DNA from: a bacterium
GTDB taxonomy: Bacteria > Zhuqueibacterota > Zhuqueibacteria > Residuimicrobiales > Krinioviventaceae
DNA length: 64,000 nucleotides
Direction: 5' to 3'
Assembly (NCBI GenBank): GCA_963693055.1
Contig: OY843751.1
Location: 5,824,001-5,888,000, forward strand
Within the stretch, counting starts at the first letter, position 1, and every line of letters starts with the position of its first letter. Positions 1 to 14,126 of the stretch are shown piece after piece. The notes beneath the pieces are model-generated. The model did not search any database, was not told the DNA's origin, and saw only the letters and a program-made list of their open reading frames with translations. Position numbers and translations under genes: made by a program.

Positions 1-204
1 ACCACCGCTAATCGCATAAACCAGTTCTTCTTTACCAGCTGTTATCTCTACTCTGCCAATTTTAAGTACTGTTAAAAATGGAATATGGTTCACTTTGACA
101 CCAAAATATCCATTTTTGGCAGGTGCTTTAACATGCTCAACATCAGCCGAGTAAACGACCTTTTCAGGAGTAATAATTTCCAGTTTAAATTGTTTTTCTG
201 CCAT
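1..204 (-). CDS. atpC: F1Fo ATP synthase epsilon subunit (partial, runs off window start)
   Basis: Manual translation from ATG at 204: MAEKQFKLEIITPEKVVYSADVEHVKAPAKNGYFGVKVNHIPFLTVLKIG...; lies directly downstream of atpD. Confidence 0.93.
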   Translation of the reverse strand, partial: MAEKQFKLEIITPEKVVYSADVEHVKAPAKNGYFGVKVNHIPFLTVLKIGRVEITAGKEELVYAISGG

Positions 205-224
205 GGTCGTATTTATTTATCCTG

Positions 225-1661
<1,437 letters not shown>

Positions 1662-1681
1662 CTAATAAGCTCGACTAAGGG

Positions 1682-2542
1682 TTAACCTTTAAGTGCTTCA
1701 GCGCCGCTGACAATTTCATTCAGCTCTGTCGTAATCGCTGCCTGCCGCGCTTTATTATAAAATAATGTCAATTCTTTAATCATTTCCTGAGCATTTTCGG
1801 ATGCTGTTTCCATTGCAGTCATCCTAGCGCCAAATTCCGAAGTAGCAGACTCTAATAGAATTTTCCATATCTGGAATTTCAAGCTCATCGGTATCAGGGT
1901 ATCCAGAATAACTTCAGGATTCGGCTCATATACATACCCTGCGGAAGTAGTTTCTTCATCAGATGAACTGGGCACTACCGGCAATACCTGTTCAACTGTC
2001 AATTCCTGCTGAACGGCATTGCGAAATTTATTATAAATAAAATAGACCCGATCGTATTTACCGGTTTTAAAATCGTTCATTAATACGTTGGCAACTTTTT
2101 GAGCGTTTGAAAACTCTAAATTGTTAAACACATCAATATAATGGGCAGCAATGGGATACGAACGACGTTTAAAAAACTCGTATCCTTTTCGGCCAATCGG
2201 TATTAAATACTTGTGATCTGCTTCACAAGCGGCCCATTCTTCTTGTGCTCTACGTATTAAATTGGTATTAAAACTACCACACAAACCTTTATCGCCGGTA
2301 AGTAAAACAAAACAAACACGTTTGGGACTACGTTTTCTCAACATCGGATGCTTGTTTTGTTTTGACTTTCTCGCCACATTCCCTAAAACCTGCTCAAGCT
2401 TTTGTGAATATGGCCGGGTTCGAATCAGTCTGAGCTGAGATTTATTCAATTTTGCCGCTGCCACCATTTTCATGGCGCGTGTAATCTGCATTGTGCTTTT
2501 TACACTGGCAATACGACCTTTAATCTCTCGTAATGTTGCCAT
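1682..2542 (-). CDS. atpG: F1Fo ATP synthase gamma subunit
   Basis: ITRAMKMVAAAK, DKGLCGSFN, ARQAAITTEL.EIVSGAEAL. Confidence 0.99.
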   Translation of the reverse strand: MATLREIKGRIASVKSTMQITRAMKMVAAAKLNKSQLRLIRTRPYSQKLEQVLGNVARKSKQNKHPMLRKRSPKRVCFVLLTGDKGLCGSFNTNLIRRAQEEWAACEADHKYLIPIGRKGYEFFKRRSYPIAAHYIDVFNNLEFSNAQKVANVLMNDFKTGKYDRVYFIYNKFRNAVQQELTVEQVLPVVPSSSDEETTSAGYVYEPNPEVILDTLIPMSLKFQIWKILLESATSEFGARMTAMETASENAQEMIKELTLFYNKARQAAITTELNEIVSGAEALKG

Positions 2543-2546
2543 TTAT

Positions 2547-4058
2547 CTATTCCGTTCTAAACATTTTAACAAATTCGGCGCAAGCGTTTTTCAATTTTCC
2601 AACAATATCATCCGTTAGTTCTTGTTTTTCACGAATATCACGCAACACGTCATCATGACTGGATTCCATAAATTTATGGAATTCAGCTTCTGCGCGAACT
2701 ACCTGGTCTGCCGGAATTTCATCGAGATAACCGTTAACACCTAAATAAATAACGGCAACCTGTTTTTCAACTGTTAATGGCTGATATTGATTCTGTTTTA
2801 GCAACTCTACCAGACGTTGACCACGATTTAATTGCTGCTGTGTAGTTTTGTCCAGATCTGAACCGAATTTTGCAAAAGATTCAAGTTCACGATATTGAGC
2901 AAGATCCATACGCAGACTACCCGCAATCTTTTTCATAGCTTTGATCTGTGCATTACCACCCACACGTGATACTGAGATACCAGCGTTAACACCCGGACGA
3001 ACACCCGCGTTAAACAAACCCGGTTCAAGATAAATCTGACCGTCAGTAATGGAAACAACGTTGGTTGGGATGTATGCTGAAAAGTCACCAGCCTGGGTTT
3101 CAATGATCGGCAGAGCGGTCAATGAACCACCACCCAGTTTATCGCTCAGTTTAGACGCACGTTCAAGGAGACGTGAATGAAGATAAAACACATCACCAGG
3201 ATACGCTTCACGACCCGGAGGACGACGAAGCAGCAGTGACAACTGACGATACGCCCAAGCGTGCTTGGTTAAATCGTCATAAGCGATCAGTGCGTGTTGT
3301 CCGTTATCGCGGAAATACTCACCCATGGCTGCTCCGGCATAAGGAGCAATGTACTGCAAGGGTGCCGGTGAATCGGCAGGTGCTGCAACAATGATTGTAT
3401 GCTTTAACGCGCCTTCTTCTTCAAGGTTTTGTACAAGCTGAGCAACCGTAGATGCTTTTTGACCAATCGCTACATAAATACAGAACACATCTGTATTACG
3501 CTGGTTAATAATAGTATCAACAACGATAGCGGTTTTTCCAATTTGACGGTCTCCAATGATCAACTCACGTTGTCCACGACCAATTGGAATCATAGAGTCA
3601 ATAGCTTTAATACCTGTCTGCAACGGTTCGGTTACCGGCTGACGAGCAACAACACCCAAAGCTTTACGCTCAACAGGATAGGTTTGTTTTGTATTGATAG
3701 GTCCTTTACCGTCCAGAGGTTGGCCCAAGGGGTTAACAACGCGGCCCAGCACCTCAGGGCCTACAGGAACTTCAATAACGCGATTGGTACGTTTGGCAAT
3801 ATCACCTTCTTTAATCTTACGGTCTTCACCGAACAATACACAACCTACGTTATCTTCTTCAAGGTTTAATGCCATTCCAAAAACGTCATTTGGGAACTCT
3901 ACAAGTTCCATTGCCATAACGTTTTCCAACCCATATACACGGGCAATTCCGTCACCAACCTGAAGAACCTCTCCAACTTCCTGGACGTCTACCTTTTTCT
4001 CAAATTGTTCAATCTGTTTTTTTAAGACTGAGGTAATTTCTTCTGGTCTTATTTCCAT
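2547..4058 (-). CDS. atpA: F1Fo ATP synthase alpha subunit
   Basis: [46 protein letters not shown]. Confidence 0.99.
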   Translation of the reverse strand: MEIRPEEITSVLKKQIEQFEKKVDVQEVGEVLQVGDGIARVYGLENVMAMELVEFPNDVFGMALNLEEDNVGCVLFGEDRKIKEGDIAKRTNRVIEVPVGPEVLGRVVNPLGQPLDGKGPINTKQTYPVERKALGVVARQPVTEPLQTGIKAIDSMIPIGRGQRELIIGDRQIGKTAIVVDTIINQRNTDVFCIYVAIGQKASTVAQLVQNLEEEGALKHTIIVAAPADSPAPLQYIAPYAGAAMGEYFRDNGQHALIAYDDLTKHAWAYRQLSLLLRRPPGREAYPGDVFYLHSRLLERASKLSDKLGGGSLTALPIIETQAGDFSAYIPTNVVSITDGQIYLEPGLFNAGVRPGVNAGISVSRVGGNAQIKAMKKIAGSLRMDLAQYRELESFAKFGSDLDKTTQQQLNRGQRLVELLKQNQYQPLTVEKQVAVIYLGVNGYLDEIPADQVVRAEAEFHKFMESSHDDVLRDIREKQELTDDIVGKLKNACAEFVKMFRTE

Positions 4059-4142
4059 ATGCTTTCTAATACCTCCATGAGGTCAAATGTTTATAATAAT
4101 AAACCAGAACAACGATGTTCTTTGTAATTATAACCAATTTTA

Positions 4143-4694
4143 TTAAGCAAACGCTTCTGATTTTAATAATTCATGGCGCAATGTTTTCAACTGAGACAAC
4201 AAACTGTCATCAACAATCTGGCCTTCAACCTGTATAATAATTCCGCCAAGAATTTCAGGGTTTACCTTGTTTTCCAAAACGATATTTGCTTTAAAAGAAT
4301 CAGACAAAAGCCTAGTAATGTCTTGCTTTTGAGCGTCTGAAACAGGTATAACCGTGGTAACAACCGCGTTTAAGCGGTTGTGTTTTTTATCTGCAAAGCG
4401 TTCAAGGAAAAACACAATCTGTTCAAAGAACTCGATTCTGCTTTTCTGCACCAATAACAATATAAATTGATAGACCACAGGGTCTAACTTTTCTTTAAAT
4501 ATCTTATCCAGGGTTTCAATTTTATGAGCTTTTTCAGTATTGGGAGAATAGAAATATTCTGCAACACTTTTGTCTTGCTCAAGAATAGTCGCAAAAGATT
4601 TGATCTCACCATAAAGTGAGTCAAATTTGTTTTTTTCTTCAGCTAGCTCAAAAAAAGCCCTGGCATATCTTTTTGCAACCGGATGTATTCTCAA
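4143..4694 (-). CDS. atpH: F1Fo ATP synthase delta subunit
   Basis: VAKRYARAF N-terminus, NPEILGGIIIQVEGQIVD C-terminus; position in operon. Confidence 0.96.
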   Translation of the reverse strand: MRIHPVAKRYARAFFELAEEKNKFDSLYGEIKSFATILEQDKSVAEYFYSPNTEKAHKIETLDKIFKEKLDPVVYQFILLLVQKSRIEFFEQIVFFLERFADKKHNRLNAVVTTVIPVSDAQKQDITRLLSDSFKANIVLENKVNPEILGGIIIQVEGQIVDDSLLSQLKTLRHELLKSEAFA

Positions 4695-5185
4695 TTCATA
4701 TCTTCCATTTTTTTCAATGAACTTTGAATGATGGTTTCATGTTCGCTTTTATCCAGCGATTTACCAATCAATTTTTGAGTAGCTGCCATTGATAACTCTA
4801 CAGCCAGCGCCTGAATATCTTCAAGCGCTTTATCGCGGCTTAATTCAATTTCTCGCTTGGCTGTTTCAAGCATTCCTTGAGCTTCAGAATTGGCTTTTTC
4901 AATGATTTCATCTTTAACCAATTCAGCAGATTTCCGGCTTTTTGCAAGGATATCCTGGGCCTCTTTGCGGGCTTGATCCAGAATTTCTTCTTGCTTGCCG
5001 GAAGCGTCCTGTACTTCTCGTTTTGCAGTTTCCGCAGCTTCAAGAGCTTCCTTAATTTTGGTTTCTCTTTCAGCAAGTCCCTGTAAAATCGGTTTCCAGG
5101 CAACTTTGCTCAAAATAAGCAGCAAAATAACAAATGTGACGAAGGTCCAAAATAATGTACCTCCATGCGGTGTCATTAATTCCAT
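4691..5185 (-). CDS. atpF: F1Fo ATP synthase subunit b
   Basis: N-terminal TM helix (GTLFWTFVTFVILLLILSKVAWKPI) followed by a long coiled coil; operon position. Confidence 0.96.
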   Translation of the reverse strand: MELMTPHGGTLFWTFVTFVILLLILSKVAWKPILQGLAERETKIKEALEAAETAKREVQDASGKQEEILDQARKEAQDILAKSRKSAELVKDEIIEKANSEAQGMLETAKREIELSRDKALEDIQALAVELSMAATQKLIGKSLDKSEHETIIQSSLKKMEDMN

Positions 5186-5212
5186 ATTATAAATTCGCTT
5201 TTTTTTAGTTTA

Positions 5213-5440
5213 TTATTTTACACTTAACAAAAAGCAGATAGCAGCTGACAACAAAGCAACACCTTCAATCATCGCTGCGGTAATAATCATAGCGCCACGA
5301 ATTTCGCCAGTTGCTTCAGGCTGTCTTGCAATTCCCTGCATAGCTGCGCTAGCAAGTTTACTAATACCAAATGCTGCTGCAAAAGTTACACCTGCTGCTC
5401 CAATTCCACCTGCCAAATAGGCCATTGCTTGTGCTTCCAT
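5213..5440 (-). CDS. atpE: F1Fo ATP synthase subunit c
   Basis: 75-aa hydrophobic hairpin with ARQPE loop and ion-binding Glu in MIEGVAL. Confidence 0.97.
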   Translation of the reverse strand: MEAQAMAYLAGGIGAAGVTFAAAFGISKLASAAMQGIARQPEATGEIRGAMIITAAMIEGVALLSAAICFLLSVK

Positions 5441-5492
5441 TTTTCCTCCTGTAATAGAGATAAGTTAAACGTTTTACTATTATTTTTGTTTT

Positions 5493-6335
5493 TTAATGTT
5501 CAGAGGCCATTGCTGCGCCAATGAACACGGCCGACAATATTGTAAATACATAGGCCTGAATAAATGCAATTAAAATTTCCAATAACGCGCTGAAAACAAT
5601 AATCAGCAAAGGCGCTGGCGCAATAAGCCAGCTTTTAAACATAAAGATCAAAGACATAATTGCCAGAATAGTAATATGACCGGCAATCATATTTGCAAAC
5701 AAACGAATAGCAAGAGCAATATGTTTTGCCATCAAACTTACAATTTCAACCGGAATCATAATGGGTATAATGAAAATTGGTAGTCCACCGGGAATCAAGT
5801 GCTTAAAATTCCCAATCACACCATGTGCACGAATACCGGCAATTTGCCCCATTGCCATAGTTAACAGAGCCAAAGCTGCGGTAACACCAATGTTACCTGT
5901 TGCGGTTGCGGCTCCGGGAACCAGTCCCATCAGATTACACAACAAAATAAAGAAAAATGCTGTTAACAGATAGGGTGCATAAATCATTCCATGATGACCC
6001 ATATTGGGCAAAATCAAATCATCTCTTAAATATTCAACTGTTGCTTCTAATGCATTTGCCAAACCAGTGGGGACCAGTTTTTTCTTACGAAAGGACCACC
6101 AGAATGCCAAAATTAATATTGCGGAAACAATCCACATCATCAAAATATGATTGGTAATGGTAAGATCTATACCAAAAACTGTGGGTAATTTGATCACGGG
6201 TTGTGCCAAAAGGTGATGCATCACAAAATCCGCACCACCGCCGCTTCCATGTTCCGCAGCATGGGCAGCGTGTTCAGCAGCCTGATGAGCGTTTGCACCG
6301 TGTTCAGCTACATGTTCTGTGAATTTTTCGACCAT
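5493..6335 (-). CDS. atpB: F1Fo ATP synthase subunit a
   Basis: LAIRLFANMIAGH (essential Arg), IQAYVFTILS; His-rich N-terminal extension. Confidence 0.97.
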   Translation of the reverse strand: MVEKFTEHVAEHGANAHQAAEHAAHAAEHGSGGGADFVMHHLLAQPVIKLPTVFGIDLTITNHILMMWIVSAILILAFWWSFRKKKLVPTGLANALEATVEYLRDDLILPNMGHHGMIYAPYLLTAFFFILLCNLMGLVPGAATATGNIGVTAALALLTMAMGQIAGIRAHGVIGNFKHLIPGGLPIFIIPIMIPVEIVSLMAKHIALAIRLFANMIAGHITILAIMSLIFMFKSWLIAPAPLLIIVFSALLEILIAFIQAYVFTILSAVFIGAAMASEH

Positions 6336-6337
6336 AA

Positions 6338-6745
6338 TCAGACTAATTTATTCCTTTTCAGTTCACGATTTATAATATTAATTTCAAAAATTTGCATTAA
6401 AACATAAAACACCACAAAGGATATTACATATGCAGTTAATGACCACTCGGGAAAAAATAAGTAAAGAACAAACATGATGGCAATAAACAATAAAAATCGA
6501 AGAGCCATACCGCCGTAAAGAACTATATAGAATGTTTTAGCGTTTTTGTTAAACGCCCATTGCAAGGAGTAATAACCCGCTATAATACTTACGACGCTGG
6601 TTAGATACCCTAAAAGTACGGATTTAAAAACAGAAATGCCAGAAAAAAAATTCAAGCCCGCCTGTCCTAATACAAATATTACAAAAGTTAACAATAGGAA
6701 CCCGAGTAGAGATGGGCTGTCACTATTTTTTTTTCGAACTGTCAT
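6338..6745 (-). CDS. atpI: ATP synthase protein I-like membrane protein (about 4 TM)
   Basis: Four hydrophobic segments, directly upstream of atpB. ORF track starts at 6781; the in-frame ATG at 6745 gives a smaller overlap with the upstream gene. Confidence 0.7.
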   Translation of the reverse strand: MTVRKKNSDSPSLLGFLLLTFVIFVLGQAGLNFFSGISVFKSVLLGYLTSVVSIIAGYYSLQWAFNKNAKTFYIVLYGGMALRFLLFIAIMFVLYLFFPEWSLTAYVISFVVFYVLMQIFEINIINRELKRNKLV

Positions 6746-6941
6746 TTTTGTCGTCTTTTGAGAAAACCTCTTTGTAAACATTCAAAAACCCTGCAGTTGC
6801 TCCTAGCAAAAGGCCCAAGACCAAAAACAGGGGCATGGTATTTAATTTATTGTCCAAATAATATCCCCCGTACGTACACAGACCTATTGCCACAGCTAAC
6901 TGTAAGCCTAAATCAAACGAACGGGCGACATTGCTCTTCAC
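6723..6941 (-). CDS. AtpZ/AtpI-family small membrane protein
   Basis: Two TM helices with GYYLDNKLNTMPLFLVLGLLLG, the typical G.(W/Y)LD....T.P motif; first gene of the atp cluster. Confidence 0.85.
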   Translation of the reverse strand: MKSNVARSFDLGLQLAVAIGLCTYGGYYLDNKLNTMPLFLVLGLLLGATAGFLNVYKEVFSKDDKNDSSKKK

Positions 6942-6956
6942 TTATAAAACCTGCGC

Positions 6957-7376
6957 TTAATGAGATTGCACTTTAAATGTTGGTTCAATCTTGTTCATAT
7001 TATCGTTCTTTTTTAGAACGTCAATACCTTTTTTCTCTTCACCAAGCATTGAACATTTACCATCAAATGTTGCACCCTCGTCTATTACGAGTTTTCGGGT
7101 TTTCATATCACCATGAAATTCGGAGCGGCTTTCAAGAACGGTTTTTCCGTCTACATCTACAATTCCGCTCAATTTACCACCAACAACCAAATTTTTGGCT
7201 TTTACATTACCTTCAATTTCACCCTCTTTGCCGACTACTAGGGTATCAGATGTTTTGATATCTCCTTTGACACGGCCGTCTACTCGCAGGCTGTGTTCCA
7301 CAGAGATGACACCTTCAAACAAGGCGCCTTTTCCAAGTATGGTGTTTAACTCACCAGGTTTGTCTAAATTTTTCAT
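6957..7376 (-). CDS. Bactofilin (polymer-forming cytoskeletal protein)
   Basis: NTILGKGALFEG, LRVDGRVKGDI, LVIDEGATFDGKCSM beta-helix repeats. Confidence 0.93.
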   Translation of the reverse strand: MKNLDKPGELNTILGKGALFEGVISVEHSLRVDGRVKGDIKTSDTLVVGKEGEIEGNVKAKNLVVGGKLSGIVDVDGKTVLESRSEFHGDMKTRKLVIDEGATFDGKCSMLGEEKKGIDVLKKNDNMNKIEPTFKVQSH

Positions 7377-7418
7377 AAGCCTACCAGAAATATATGAATG
7401 GTTAATAATTATTATCTA

Positions 7419-8321
7419 TTAATAATCTGCAAACGCTAGCAGATACTCTTTCGGATCTAACGAAACTCCATCTTTCCATATCTCAAAATGCAAATGGTGT
7501 CCCGAACTGATACCTGAATTGCCCAATAAAGCAATACTGTCACCTTTTTTTACAACTGAATTTCTATCTACCAATAGCTGCTGATTATGACCGTAATAGG
7601 TAAAATATCCGCCGCCATGATATAAAATTGCCAAGTTGCCCAAATCATAAGTCCAGCCTGCAAAAATCACAATTCCATCCGCAGCAGCCTTAATTGGGGC
7701 CCCTCTTTCACCTGCAATATCTATGCCGCGATGACTAGACTTGCCGCTCTGATTCATAAACTCGTAATCATTACTTAATACGCCTTGCACAGGTAGATAT
7801 GTGGGAACACTTTTTACAAAATTGTCATGAATTATTTTTTTGGTTCGGGTCAATCTTCCAAAACGCTCGGTTGTCTTTGGAGTTGACGACACATCTCGCA
7901 TAACCGGGGTTGGCGCTTCTCTAACAACCGGTACCACACTCGGAACAACCTCCGGGGAGAGTTCTTCCTGTATAGAAACAGCAGCATTTCCCGTACCATT
8001 TGTATAATCCAGACCTAACGCGCCACGTATCTTTGTTTGAGAGCTTTCAAGATCTTCAAATTTAGCAATTAGCTCATAAATTCTTTTGTTATTATCTTCG
8101 AGCTGAAGATTTACCTGCCTCAACTCTTTGTTTTTACTGTACACACGATAATATTGAAAATAAAAAACCGCGCCGGCAACAATGTGCAAAACCAGCAATA
8201 CTGCCAAAAATTGCAAAACTTTTAATCTTCGTATGGATATACTATAGGCCTTGGGTTCATCCTTGTCGTCTGGAATGACGAGGATTTGCAGAGATTTACG
8301 GTGCTTTCTGGCTTTATTCAT
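7419..8321 (-). CDS. M23-family peptidoglycan endopeptidase with N-terminal TM helix and coiled coil
   Basis: HRGID, YGHN and HLHFE zinc motifs; TM helix near residues 35-58. Confidence 0.93.
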   Translation of the reverse strand: MNKARKHRKSLQILVIPDDKDEPKAYSISIRRLKVLQFLAVLLVLHIVAGAVFYFQYYRVYSKNKELRQVNLQLEDNNKRIYELIAKFEDLESSQTKIRGALGLDYTNGTGNAAVSIQEELSPEVVPSVVPVVREAPTPVMRDVSSTPKTTERFGRLTRTKKIIHDNFVKSVPTYLPVQGVLSNDYEFMNQSGKSSHRGIDIAGERGAPIKAAADGIVIFAGWTYDLGNLAILYHGGGYFTYYGHNQQLLVDRNSVVKKGDSIALLGNSGISSGHHLHFEIWKDGVSLDPKEYLLAFADY

Positions 8322-8329
8322 ATATTATC

Positions 8330-9223
8330 TCAATCTTCATTTATAACGTTGACCAGGCGGTCAAGATCATCACTGTCATAATACTCTAGTTCTATTACGC
8401 CGCCATTTGCGCGTGGTTTAATATTTACCTTCGTTGCAAGCTTGATGCGTAATTTATTTTCCATCTCTTCCAGATAATAATCTTTTTTAGACGGAACGGT
8501 CTTTTTTTCCTTTTTAACGGGATTCGCAGCATCCCTGGCCATTTTTTCCGTATTGCGGACAGAAAGACCCTCATTGAGAATTTTTTTCCATATGGCAAGC
8601 TGGTGCTCTTTATCATTCAAGGCCAACAATGCCTTGGCGTGCCCCATGGACAAATCTCCTGAACGGGCACTTTCCTGGATGAGTTTGGGTAATTTCAGCA
8701 GTCTTAAAAAATTTGCAACCGTAGCCCGGTCTTTACCCACTTTTCGGGCGACTACTTCCTGGGTTAGATTACATTCTTTAATTAAACGCTGGTAACTGTG
8801 AGCAATATCGATAGGATTCAAATCTTCACGATGAATATTCTCAATGATAGACAGCTCCATCATCTCTTCATCGCTGTCAATTTCAAGAATGTACGCAGGA
8901 ATTTCTTCAATACCTAAACCGGTAACTGCCCGTAAACGCCGCTCACCTGCAATCAACTGATAAGCACCATCATAAGGACGTACCGTAATTGGCTGCACAA
9001 CACCTTTTTCGGCTATTGAATTCTGTAGCTCTTCCAGCTTGACAGGGTCAAAAATCTCGCGGGGTTGAAACGGATTTGGAGATATTTTTGAAACCAGTAT
9101 AAACCGGATGTTGCTGGTATTTGTACTTTCTGCCGGTGTTTGCTGCTTTTCCTGACTTTCAGCCGGAGGCGCATCTGGTATTAGCGCCTGCAAACCTCTA
9201 CCCAGCGCTTTTCTGTTCGCCAT
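8330..9223 (-). CDS. parB: Chromosome partitioning protein ParB/Spo0J
   Basis: ALGRGLQALI, NPFQPR, GERRLRA arginine patch, ENIHREDLNP, HTH. Confidence 0.98.
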   Translation of the reverse strand: MANRKALGRGLQALIPDAPPAESQEKQQTPAESTNTSNIRFILVSKISPNPFQPREIFDPVKLEELQNSIAEKGVVQPITVRPYDGAYQLIAGERRLRAVTGLGIEEIPAYILEIDSDEEMMELSIIENIHREDLNPIDIAHSYQRLIKECNLTQEVVARKVGKDRATVANFLRLLKLPKLIQESARSGDLSMGHAKALLALNDKEHQLAIWKKILNEGLSVRNTEKMARDAANPVKKEKKTVPSKKDYYLEEMENKLRIKLATKVNIKPRANGGVIELEYYDSDDLDRLVNVINED

Positions 9224-9977
9224 GTTTTATTATTTCCTCAGCCAAACCCATATAGTTCTCACTTCCTGCGGAAACAGCATCATACAAAATTATTGGCTTT
9301 CCAAAGCTGGGTGCTTCGCTCAACCGTACATTTCGGGTAATTATGGAATTAAACACTCGTCCATCAAAATATTTTCGTACATCTTCTGCAACCTGGCGTG
9401 ATAGATTCAAGCGGGAATCGTACATCGTCAATAACACACCTTCTATCTCTAGCTCTTTATTCAAGTGCTTTTGCACCAAACGTATAGTGTTTAACAGTTG
9501 ACCCAATCCTTCCAAAGCATAATATTCACACTGGATAGGAATCAACACAGAATCCGATGCTGTTAATGCATTAACTGTCAATAAACCCAAAGAGGGCGGA
9601 CAATCAATCAAGATATAATCAAAGTCGTCTTTAATCTGCTTTAACGCTTGCTTTAATTTATGTTCGCGTGAAATGGCAGACACCAGTTCTACTTCGGCGC
9701 CAACCAAATTGATTGACGATGGTAAGAGCTTTAAATAATCAAGCTCTGTATCAATGATTAAATCCTGAGGATTGTCTTCATTTATAATTGCGTCATAGAT
9801 GGTTTTGTTCATATCTTTGGAATTAAAGCCCAAACCACTGACGCTATTCGCTTGTGGGTCCATATCAACAAGCAATGTACTGAATTCAGCAACTGCAAGG
9901 CACGCTGCTAAATTCACAGAGGTTGTTGTTTTGCCAACGCCTCCTTTTTGATTTGCTATTGATATTATTTTGCCCAT
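9198..9977 (-). CDS. parA: Chromosome partitioning ATPase ParA/Soj
   Basis: NQKGGVGKTT deviant Walker A, DMDPQAN, IDCPPSLG, RNVRLSEAPSFG. Confidence 0.98.
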   Translation of the reverse strand: MGKIISIANQKGGVGKTTTSVNLAACLAVAEFSTLLVDMDPQANSVSGLGFNSKDMNKTIYDAIINEDNPQDLIIDTELDYLKLLPSSINLVGAEVELVSAISREHKLKQALKQIKDDFDYILIDCPPSLGLLTVNALTASDSVLIPIQCEYYALEGLGQLLNTIRLVQKHLNKELEIEGVLLTMYDSRLNLSRQVAEDVRKYFDGRVFNSIITRNVRLSEAPSFGKPIILYDAVSAGSENYMGLAEEIIKHGEQKSAG

Positions 9978-10171
9978 TTATTCAGGTATTCTCCATTATT
10001 CTCAAGAAATTAAAATATAACGCATTTAGGGTACAAAATCAATAAAAAGTTTTTACATCACTTTCCCATTATAACGCTCAAAACTTGTAAATGATCCGGT
10101 AATTTTACTTGACTCTGAATTAAAAATCGTGTATGTTGGTTTGAAAAATTCCTTTCCTGTAGAAATATGAG

Positions 10172-11095
10172 GTGCGTATAATGCAGATTCTTCATCATCT
10201 CATCGTCAGGTTAATACCCCTTGTTCCCAAACCTTTAGTCCGTATTGTATCCAAACCATATGTTGCGGGTCCTCACCTCAAAGATGCGGTCGTTGCCGTC
10301 AAAGACCTTAATTCTCAGGGTGCGGTCTGTACAATGGATGTTCTGGGGGAAAGCGCAAAAGAACTTGACGAGTGCAAAGCAGCAGTTACCGAATACCTAA
10401 CCGTTTTAGACACCATCATTACCGAAAACCTAAACTGTAACATTTCTCTGAAACCTACTCAACTGGGCCTCTTGATTGACAAAGAAGCGTGTTACCAAAA
10501 CATCAGAACTATTGTTGAAAAGGCCAAGTCTCTGGATATCTTTGTGCGAATTGACATGGAAGATGTTACCTGCACATCAGATACCATTGCGTTGTTCAAA
10601 AGATTCAAAAAAGAGTTTGACAATGTTGGCATTGTATTGCAAGCCTACTTGCGCAGAAGCATTGCCGACATTAACGATCTAATTGGCCTGGGCACAAATT
10701 TCAGATTATGTAAAGGTATTTACAACGAACCCCGTGCACATGCTTTTAAAGATCCTAAAATTATTAACCAAAATTTTGGTTATTTGCTATACAAATCTCT
10801 TTCCGCGTCCTGTTATGTGGGTGTGGCCACACATGACGAGCAAATTGTATGGGAAACCCTTGAACTGATTGACCAGCTTGGCCTTGAGCACGACGAATAT
10901 GAATTTCAAATGCTTTTGGGTGTGGAAGAAGAATTGCGTAAAATCCTTATAGATGAAGGACATGTATTGCGGGTTTATGTTCCATATGGCGTCAACTGGT
11001 ACGCTTATTCAATGCGAAGACTCAAAGAGAACCCCAAAATAGCAATGTACATTATTAAAGCATTAATCTGTAAAGTGTTTAAACGCGGCAAATAA
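10172..11095 (+). CDS. Monofunctional proline dehydrogenase
   Basis: SLKPTQLG, RIDMED, RLCKGIY, ATHDE, YVPYG..WYAYSMRRLKE. Confidence 0.93.
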   Translation: MRIMQILHHLIVRLIPLVPKPLVRIVSKPYVAGPHLKDAVVAVKDLNSQGAVCTMDVLGESAKELDECKAAVTEYLTVLDTIITENLNCNISLKPTQLGLLIDKEACYQNIRTIVEKAKSLDIFVRIDMEDVTCTSDTIALFKRFKKEFDNVGIVLQAYLRRSIADINDLIGLGTNFRLCKGIYNEPRAHAFKDPKIINQNFGYLLYKSLSASCYVGVATHDEQIVWETLELIDQLGLEHDEYEFQMLLGVEEELRKILIDEGHVLRVYVPYGVNWYAYSMRRLKENPKIAMYIIKALICKVFKRGK

Positions 11096-11104
11096 ATAGG
11101 TTGA

Positions 11105-13300
<2,196 letters not shown>

Positions 13301-13310
13301 GAGTAACAAA

Positions 13311-14123
13311 ATGAATATAAAAAAATCATTAATGCTTTATGCATTTCTAACTTTAGCTGCTATCTTGACTCTTTCCTGCGCGGGAACAAAGCAAGACACC
13401 TCTTCATTACCTGGTTTTGTACCCGTGTCTGAAGAGATCTTTATGGGTACAGAGCTTTCAAAGGAATACAATACAAACACGCCTTTGGTGAATAACGAAC
13501 CTCTGCTCCAATACCTTAACGACCTTGCAGACAGCTTGAGCCGATACGCAGAAGTTCAAAGCTTTGATTGTAAAGTATATGTTGTTGACATGCCGGATTT
13601 GAACCACTTTTCTTTTCCGGGTGGTCACATTTATATCTACCGGGGTTTGATTGAAGCATCTCAAAACCTGAATGAAATTGTATTTGTTATTTCACATGAA
13701 ATTGCTCATATCTCTGCCCGTGACGGCCTCGAACGGATATACAGTATGTATCCTTATGCGTTTGCAGCTCAAAGCGTGTTGGGGTATAATCCTGAAATCA
13801 CAACGCAAATCATAGAAAAGCTTTTTTCTAACGAGTCTATATTAAACTATGGCAGAGAATCAGAACTTTCAGCAGACGAAAAAGCAATAGAGTATACGTT
13901 TCGCGCAAATTATAACCCCAAAGGTATTATAAAAAATCTGGAAAATATCAATACTGCTATTTTAAACAGTCCAAGTCTTGTTTCTTTGATGCTAAAAACG
14001 CACCCCTTGCCAGAGCGCAGGCTTTCAAACATAAATCAGGATATTGACAGACTGGTGATAACATCAACGCTTGTAGAAAACACCCCGGAATTTACTACTT
14101 TGAAATCAACCTTGTCTGAATAA
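13311..14123 (+). CDS. M48-family zinc metalloprotease lipoprotein (BepA/YfgC-like)
   Basis: Lipobox LSC, NHFSFPGGHIY, HEIAH, E..AD, THP...RR. Confidence 0.88.
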   Translation: MNIKKSLMLYAFLTLAAILTLSCAGTKQDTSSLPGFVPVSEEIFMGTELSKEYNTNTPLVNNEPLLQYLNDLADSLSRYAEVQSFDCKVYVVDMPDLNHFSFPGGHIYIYRGLIEASQNLNEIVFVISHEIAHISARDGLERIYSMYPYAFAAQSVLGYNPEITTQIIEKLFSNESILNYGRESELSADEKAIEYTFRANYNPKGIIKNLENINTAILNSPSLVSLMLKTHPLPERRLSNINQDIDRLVITSTLVENTPEFTTLKSTLSE

Positions 14124-14126
14124 TAA

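Noticed and set aside
8330-10171. parS site near parAB
   Set aside because: No match to TGTTTCACGTGAAACA found by eye; a degenerate site cannot be excluded
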